The position numbers were made by a program, and so were the translations under genes. Positions 26,683-34,485 of a stretch of DNA of 34,485 nucleotides are shown here, in pieces (positions within the stretch are counted from its first letter, which is position 1; the number at the start of each line of letters is the position of its first letter). Under the pieces are notes generated by a model that saw nothing but the letters and a program-made list of their open reading frames with translations, was not told the DNA's origin and did not search any database. The DNA is taken from contig CAZCXC010000276.1 of the NCBI GenBank assembly GCA_964502505.1, forward strand, positions 1 to 34,485, in the 5' to 3' direction. Source of the stretch: an uncultured Enterobacteriaceae bacterium. Lineage in GTDB: Bacteria; Pseudomonadota; Gammaproteobacteria; Eutrophobiales; Eutrophobiaceae.

Positions 26683-27429
26683 TCACATCATGTGCTGTCC
26701 ACCATTCATTGAAAAATCAGCCCCTGTTGCAAATCCAGCTTCATCAGAAGCAAGAAAGCCAACCAGAGCAGCAATTTCTTCTGGTGTTCCCAAACGACCA
26801 ACAGGAATACCACTAATTATCTTCTCACGAATATCTTCCGCTACAGCCATAACCATCTCTGTCGCAATATACCCGGGTGAGACTGTATTAACAGTTATAC
26901 CTTTTCTGGCCAGTTCCTGGGCCAATGACATGGTGAATCCATGCATACCTGCTTTTGATGTGGTGTAATTAGTTTGTCCTATCTGGCCTTTCTGGCCGTT
27001 GATGGATGAGATGTTGATAATCCTGCCCCAGCTTTTTTCTGACATGGGTTCGATCACATGCTTCGTGACATTAAAGAGGCTGTCCAGGTTAATCTTCATG
27101 ACAGCATCCCATTTATCTTTAGTCATTTTTTTGAACATACCATCCTTGGTAATGCCTGCGTTATTGACCAGAATGTCGATACTACCCAGTTCAGCAACAA
27201 CTTTCGCTACCATCGCCTCACAAGCATCGTAGTCAGAAACATCGGCCTGATAAACAGCTATATCATAGCCGTCTTTTTTAACAGCTTCTTGCCAGGTCTT
27301 GGCCTTTTCTTCATTACGATAATTAGTGGCCACCTTGGCACCGGAATCCGCAAGTTTGAGACAAATTGCTGCGCCGATCCCGCCAGTTCCCCCTGTGACT
27401 AAAGCAACTTTTCCATTTAAGTCTGACAT
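26683..27429 (-). CDS. phaB: Acetoacetyl-CoA reductase (NADPH-dependent, SDR)
   Basis: From the ATG at 27429: MSDLNGKVALVTGGTGGIGAAI, NNAGIT and YTTSKAG. 248 aa, lying between phaA and phaR. The 27480 start overlaps phaA and is rejected. Confidence 0.92.
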   Translation of the reverse strand: MSDLNGKVALVTGGTGGIGAAICLKLADSGAKVATNYRNEEKAKTWQEAVKKDGYDIAVYQADVSDYDACEAMVAKVVAELGSIDILVNNAGITKDGMFKKMTKDKWDAVMKINLDSLFNVTKHVIEPMSEKSWGRIINISSINGQKGQIGQTNYTTSKAGMHGFTMSLAQELARKGITVNTVSPGYIATEMVMAVAEDIREKIISGIPVGRLGTPEEIAALVGFLASDEAGFATGADFSMNGGQHMM

Positions 27430-27434
27430 AAGCA

Positions 27435-28616
27435 TTACCTCTCCACTGCCAAAGCAACACCTTGGCCACCACCTATACACAGTGTAGCCAAGCCTTTATT
27501 AGCACCACTACGTTTCATTTCATGTAATAACGTAACTAATACACGACAACCAGAAGCCCCAATGGGATGGCCGAGAGCAATGGCACCGCCATTCACATTG
27601 ACTTTGGCTGTATCCCAACCAACATCTTTATTGACTGATATCGCCTGGGCAGCGAATGCCTCATTAGCTTCAATTAAATCAAGATCATCAACTGTCCAAC
27701 CCGCTTTTTCCAGACAACGCTTTGTCGCTGGAATCGGGCCAGTACCCATTATGGCTGGATCAACACCGGCACTGGAGTAAGCCTTTACAGTTGCCAGGGA
27801 TTCAAGGCCTAATTCTTTTGCCTTGCTCTCCAACATTACTACCACGGCAGCCGCTCCATCATTAAGGCCTGAAGCATTGGCTGCAGTAACCGTACCTTCT
27901 TTATCAAATGCGGGACGCATCTTGGCTAGACTCCCAGCTTCGATACCGTCACGCGGGAATTCATCTTTATCAAAAATGATCGGATCGCCTTTGCGTTGTG
28001 GAATTTCAATTGGGATTATCTCTTCTGCAAATTTATTTTCTTTGCGCGCAGCTTCACATTTCTGCTGGGTGGCAGCTGCAAACTCATCCTGTTCTTCACG
28101 GGAAATATTGTACTGTTTTGCAATATTTTCAGCGGTGATCCCCATGTGATAATTATTAAAAGCATCCCATAAGCCATCAACAATCATCGAATCTTGCATT
28201 TTCCAGTCACCCATCTTTACACCATTACGTGATTTGGGCAGTACATGAGGTGCAAGACTCATATTTTCCTGGCCACCCGCGACAATGATTTCAGCATCAC
28301 CACATTTAATGGCTTGTACCGCTAGGTGGATAGTTTTCAACCCACTACCACACACCTTGTTTATAGTCATACAAGGAACTGAATGGGGAAGTCCTGCCAT
28401 AATTGCGGCCTGGCGTGCAGGATTTTGACCTACACCAGCAGTGAGAACCTGTCCAAATATAACTTCATCTACCTGCTCCGGTTTTACCCCAGCTCTTTCC
28501 AAAACACCGGCAATAACTTTCGCACCCAGTTCATGGGCAGGGATATTACTAATTGCACCACCAAAATTACCTACCGCCGATCGAGCGGCAGCTACTATGA
28601 CTACATTATCTGACAT
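27435..28616 (-). CDS. phaA: Acetyl-CoA acetyltransferase (beta-ketothiolase)
   Basis: 393 aa. Active-site [24 protein letters not shown] and CIGGGQG. An RBS (GGGGAGGA) lies upstream. Confidence 0.92.
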   Translation of the reverse strand: MSDNVVIVAAARSAVGNFGGAISNIPAHELGAKVIAGVLERAGVKPEQVDEVIFGQVLTAGVGQNPARQAAIMAGLPHSVPCMTINKVCGSGLKTIHLAVQAIKCGDAEIIVAGGQENMSLAPHVLPKSRNGVKMGDWKMQDSMIVDGLWDAFNNYHMGITAENIAKQYNISREEQDEFAAATQQKCEAARKENKFAEEIIPIEIPQRKGDPIIFDKDEFPRDGIEAGSLAKMRPAFDKEGTVTAANASGLNDGAAAVVVMLESKAKELGLESLATVKAYSSAGVDPAIMGTGPIPATKRCLEKAGWTVDDLDLIEANEAFAAQAISVNKDVGWDTAKVNVNGGAIALGHPIGASGCRVLVTLLHEMKRSGANKGLATLCIGGGQGVALAVER

Positions 28617-28712
28617 GATCTGATCCTCCCCTTACGTGATACATTCAAGCATCACATATAAGTAACGTTATAAGGTTTAAATAATATTATTAAAAATGCT
28701 TGCTAATCTCTG

Positions 28713-28725
28713 TTGCAGTGCACAA
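28713..28725 (+). promoter_or_regulatory. TTGCAGTGCACAA motif 97-109 bp upstream of phaA
   Basis: Exact 13-mer on the plus strand in the lpdA-phaA intergenic region. A degenerate TGCTTGCTAA half lies 5 nt upstream on the plus strand. Confidence 0.4.
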
Positions 28726-28795
28726 AATTAAGAAAATGTTAACAGAATCTTTTTAGAGACGCTACTAAGCTTCTATAGCATTGATTATTAAAGTA

Positions 28796-31633
<2,838 letters not shown>

Positions 31634-31690
31634 ATTGCTCTCCTCAAATTGTTATCAACATAAAAGTAATTTGTAGTTTACTTTAATTTT

Positions 31691-34485
31691 TTAAATTGAT
31701 GATACCTGTGATTGCCCCATACTTCGCTTATGGGTTGTGACTTCAAGTTTATCAAGGTGCAGGGCATCAGCTACCAGTTGCTTTTGCTGTTCCAGGTGTT
31801 TACTCATATAACCAACCGCTGGTGATGCTGAATAAAACCGACCTGCATAACCAAAGTTATGGTGCTCTTTCAAACAGCCTATCATCGTTCCGCGTGATTG
31901 CATATAGTACCAACTGCCCTGATTTTTTGGCTCTTCCTGGACCCAGACAATTTCTTGCAGGTTTTCATACTGACTGAGAAGACGCCTTATTTCATCTCCG
32001 GGAAACGGAAATAACTGTTCAATACGCGCAATCGCAATATTTTTCAGATCATTATTCCGACGTGATTCGAGTAAGTCATAATAGACTTTGCCACTGCAAA
32101 ACAGTAATCGAGTTACTTCTTCCGGTTTGATGTCATCAATTTCGTCAATCACTGTATGAAATCTACCAATACTCAGTTCTTCAATGGGTGACGTCGAAAG
32201 TTTATTGCGCAGTAGACTCTTTGGACTCATCACAATGAGTGGTTTGCGATAGGGCCGTAAGATTTGTCTACGTAACATATGGAACATCTGTCCTGCCGTA
32301 CTCGGCATACAAACCTGCATGTTTTCGCGTGCGCAAAGTTGCAGATAGCGTTCCAATCGAGCAGAAGAATGTTCCGGTCCCTGGCCATCATAACCGTGAG
32401 GTAGGAAAACGACGAGACCACAATAACGTCCCCATTTTGCTTCACAAGAACTAATGAACTGATCGAATACTACTTGTGCGCCATTAGCAAAATCACCAAA
32501 CTGGGCTTCCCATATCAACAGGGTGTTCGGTTCACCACTGCTGTAGCCATATTCAAAAGCAAGTACAGCTTCTTCCGATAATGTTGAATTAATGACCAGA
32601 AAATTTGCTTGTTCATCGCTCAAGTGTTGCAGTGGAAGATATGTTTTGCCGTCATCCTGATTATGAACTACTGCGTGTCGATGAAAGAATGTACCACGAC
32701 CACTATCCTGGCCTGAGATTCTAACCGGATGACCGGCTTCCAAAAGCGTTGCATAGGCCATTGTTTCTGCAAATCCCCAGTCCATGCCGATTTCACCTAT
32801 ACCCATCTTGCGACGGTTCTCAATGATTTTTCTAACGGCCGGGTGCAGAGTAAAATTTTCCGGGATAGTTGTAATTTTTGTGGCCAATTGTTTTGCTGTT
32901 TCGGGATCAATCGTGGTGTTGGTAGCTGCATCCCACTGGGTACCTTTATAAGGTGAAAAATTAATTAGAAAATCATTACTGACATTTTTTGCTTTTGGAC
33001 CGGCAACTGGATGGTTGGACTCAAGCGATTGTACATATTTTTCACCAATACTATCAGCATCAGATTGCGTTAAAATATTTTCCTTAATCAGTTGATCAAT
33101 ATATTTTTGGCGTACACCTGGATGCTTACTGATCTGTTTGTACATCATCGGTTGTGTGGTGAAAGGTTCATCAGCTTCACTATGACCATGTTTACGGAAA
33201 CAGACCATGTCAATTACGACATCTTTATTGAATTCCATACGGTAATCGAGAGCGAGTTTTGCAATAAAGACAACTGCTTCTGGATCATCACCGTTCACGT
33301 GAAATATAGGGGCCTGCACCATTTTTGCTACATCCGTGCAATACAAAGTTGAACGAGAGTCGAGTGGATCACTGGTTGTAAAACCTATTTGGTTATTGAT
33401 GATGAGATGGATAGTGCCGCCTGTTTTATAACCACGTGTTTGCGAGAGGTTGAATGTTTCCATCACGACACCCTGTCCGGCAAACGCTGCATCGCCATGG
33501 AGCAATATGGGTAATACTTGATTATGAAAGTGATCTTTTCTTCTTTCCTGACGTGCACGCACTGACCCTTCTACTACAGGAGCTATAATCTCAAGATGTG
33601 ATGGATTAAATGCTAATGTTAGATGGACAGCACCACCTTTGGTCTGAATATCAGATGAATATCCTAAATGGTATTTAACATCGCCGGAACCATTTTCGTC
33701 TCCTACACTATATTTGCCTTCAAATTCATCAAATAAATCGCTGGGTAGTTTCCCTATGGTATTGACCAGTACATTAATGCGACCACGATGCGCCATTCCA
33801 ATTACAATTTCTTTAATTTGTTGTTCACCGCCTGATTGAATAATTTCGTCCAGGAGTGGTATTAAACTTTCTCCACCTTCCAGTGAAAAACGTTTTTGAC
33901 CTACATATTTGGTGTGTAAATATTCTTCCAGCGCATTGGCGGCAGTGACACGTTCCAGCACATGGATTTTTTTATCATTATCAAAATCAGGTTTTGCACA
34001 GCAAGATTCAAGGCGTTGTTGCACCCAACGTTTTTGTTCAGTTTCGTTGATGTGCATATATTCAGCGCCAATGGTTCGGCAATAGGTATCTTTTACAATT
34101 TTTATAATGTCTTTTAGTGGAATTTCATCTTCAGCATGCAATGAACCCGTGTTAAACGGAGTAGACATATCAGCTTCAGCCAGGTTGTGATAAGCCGGTT
34201 CCAGTTCCGGTACATCGGGTCTTTCATATTGTTTTAATGGATCTAGATCTGCCTGACGATGGCCACGGAAACGATAAGCATTTATCAGTTGCAACACTGA
34301 GACCTGTTTTTGATGCGCAGTCGAATCTTCGCTAATTAGTGCAGGTGTACGATTGTTTTTCTGTTTACTGGCTTCATAGTAAGCCTGTTGAATTGGAGAA
34401 TGAGGTACATCCTTGGCAATATTTCCATCTATTTGTTGAAGCGACTGAAAATAGTCACGCCATTCATTTTCAACATTGGCCGGGT
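31691..34485 (-). CDS. sucA: 2-oxoglutarate dehydrogenase E1 component (5' end truncated by the window edge)
   Basis: LQLINAYRFRGH..DLDPL and a GDAAFAGQGVV-type TPP region. The frame stays open upstream of the listed TTG and reads ..PANVENEWRDYFQSLQQ.., matching the SucA N-terminal region. The gene therefore continues past 34485. Confidence 0.95.
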   Translation of the reverse strand, partial: PANVENEWRDYFQSLQQIDGNIAKDVPHSPIQQAYYEASKQKNNRTPALISEDSTAHQKQVSVLQLINAYRFRGHRQADLDPLKQYERPDVPELEPAYHNLAEADMSTPFNTGSLHAEDEIPLKDIIKIVKDTYCRTIGAEYMHINETEQKRWVQQRLESCCAKPDFDNDKKIHVLERVTAANALEEYLHTKYVGQKRFSLEGGESLIPLLDEIIQSGGEQQIKEIVIGMAHRGRINVLVNTIGKLPSDLFDEFEGKYSVGDENGSGDVKYHLGYSSDIQTKGGAVHLTLAFNPSHLEIIAPVVEGSVRARQERRKDHFHNQVLPILLHGDAAFAGQGVVMETFNLSQTRGYKTGGTIHLIINNQIGFTTSDPLDSRSTLYCTDVAKMVQAPIFHVNGDDPEAVVFIAKLALDYRMEFNKDVVIDMVCFRKHGHSEADEPFTTQPMMYKQISKHPGVRQKYIDQLIKENILTQSDADSIGEKYVQSLESNHPVAGPKAKNVSNDFLINFSPYKGTQWDAATNTTIDPETAKQLATKITTIPENFTLHPAVRKIIENRRKMGIGEIGMDWGFAETMAYATLLEAGHPVRISGQDSGRGTFFHRHAVVHNQDDGKTYLPLQHLSDEQANFLVINSTLSEEAVLAFEYGYSSGEPNTLLIWEAQFGDFANGAQVVFDQFISSCEAKWGRYCGLVVFLPHGYDGQGPEHSSARLERYLQLCARENMQVCMPSTAGQMFHMLRRQILRPYRKPLIVMSPKSLLRNKLSTSPIEELSIGRFHTVIDEIDDIKPEEVTRLLFCSGKVYYDLLESRRNNDLKNIAIARIEQLFPFPGDEIRRLLSQYENLQEIVWVQEEPKNQGSWYYMQSRGTMIGCLKEHHNFGYAGRFYSASPAVGYMSKHLEQQKQLVADALHLDKLEVTTHKRSMGQSQVSSI

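Overview
AT-rich (about 40% GC by eye) proteobacterial chromosome, probably gammaproteobacterial (fabA-fabB, sucAB-lpdA, typA, ispG, acs); I cannot name the genus. It is mostly core metabolism. The left edge (1-1400) holds the end of a phage-like integrated element: a DUF4224-like gene, a tyrosine integrase and TATGGG repeats, with no flanking tRNA. Next come small accessory genes: a DUF938 methyltransferase, a DUF3012 lipoprotein missing from the ORF track, an HxlR-DsbA-like pair divergent from an alpha/beta hydrolase, and an SDR. These are followed by typA, an FAD monooxygenase, an RCK-domain cation/proton antiporter, a small HExxH protein, fabB-fabA, DUF3179, ispG, an OmpA-family lipoprotein, acs and a HAMP-PAS-GGDEF-EAL protein. 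The right third is a complete class III PHA locus (phasin, phaE, phaC, a convergent second phasin, phaA-phaB-phaR) directly downstream of sucA(partial)-sucB-lpdA. I found no CRISPR array, tRNA or rRNA gene, toxin-antitoxin pair or recognisable defence system. The signals worth following are regulatory or architectural. First, a 13-mer, TTGCAnTGCA(C/T)AA, occurs five times, always in promoter regions (two phasins, phaA, acs, ispG), and forms inverted pairs after two near-identical phasin promoters; it is a likely PhaR operator. Second, PhaE carries a 61-aa lysine-rich, histone-H1-like C-terminal tail. Third, a 267-bp convergent intergenic region has a perfect CRP-type palindrome, a second near-site, a TAGAAT -10 and a minus-strand intrinsic terminator with a C-rich anti-SD-like loop, suggesting an sRNA. 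Fourth, sucB contains a perfect (GGTTCT)7 in-frame microsatellite. All family calls rest on motif recognition by eye, not database searches.
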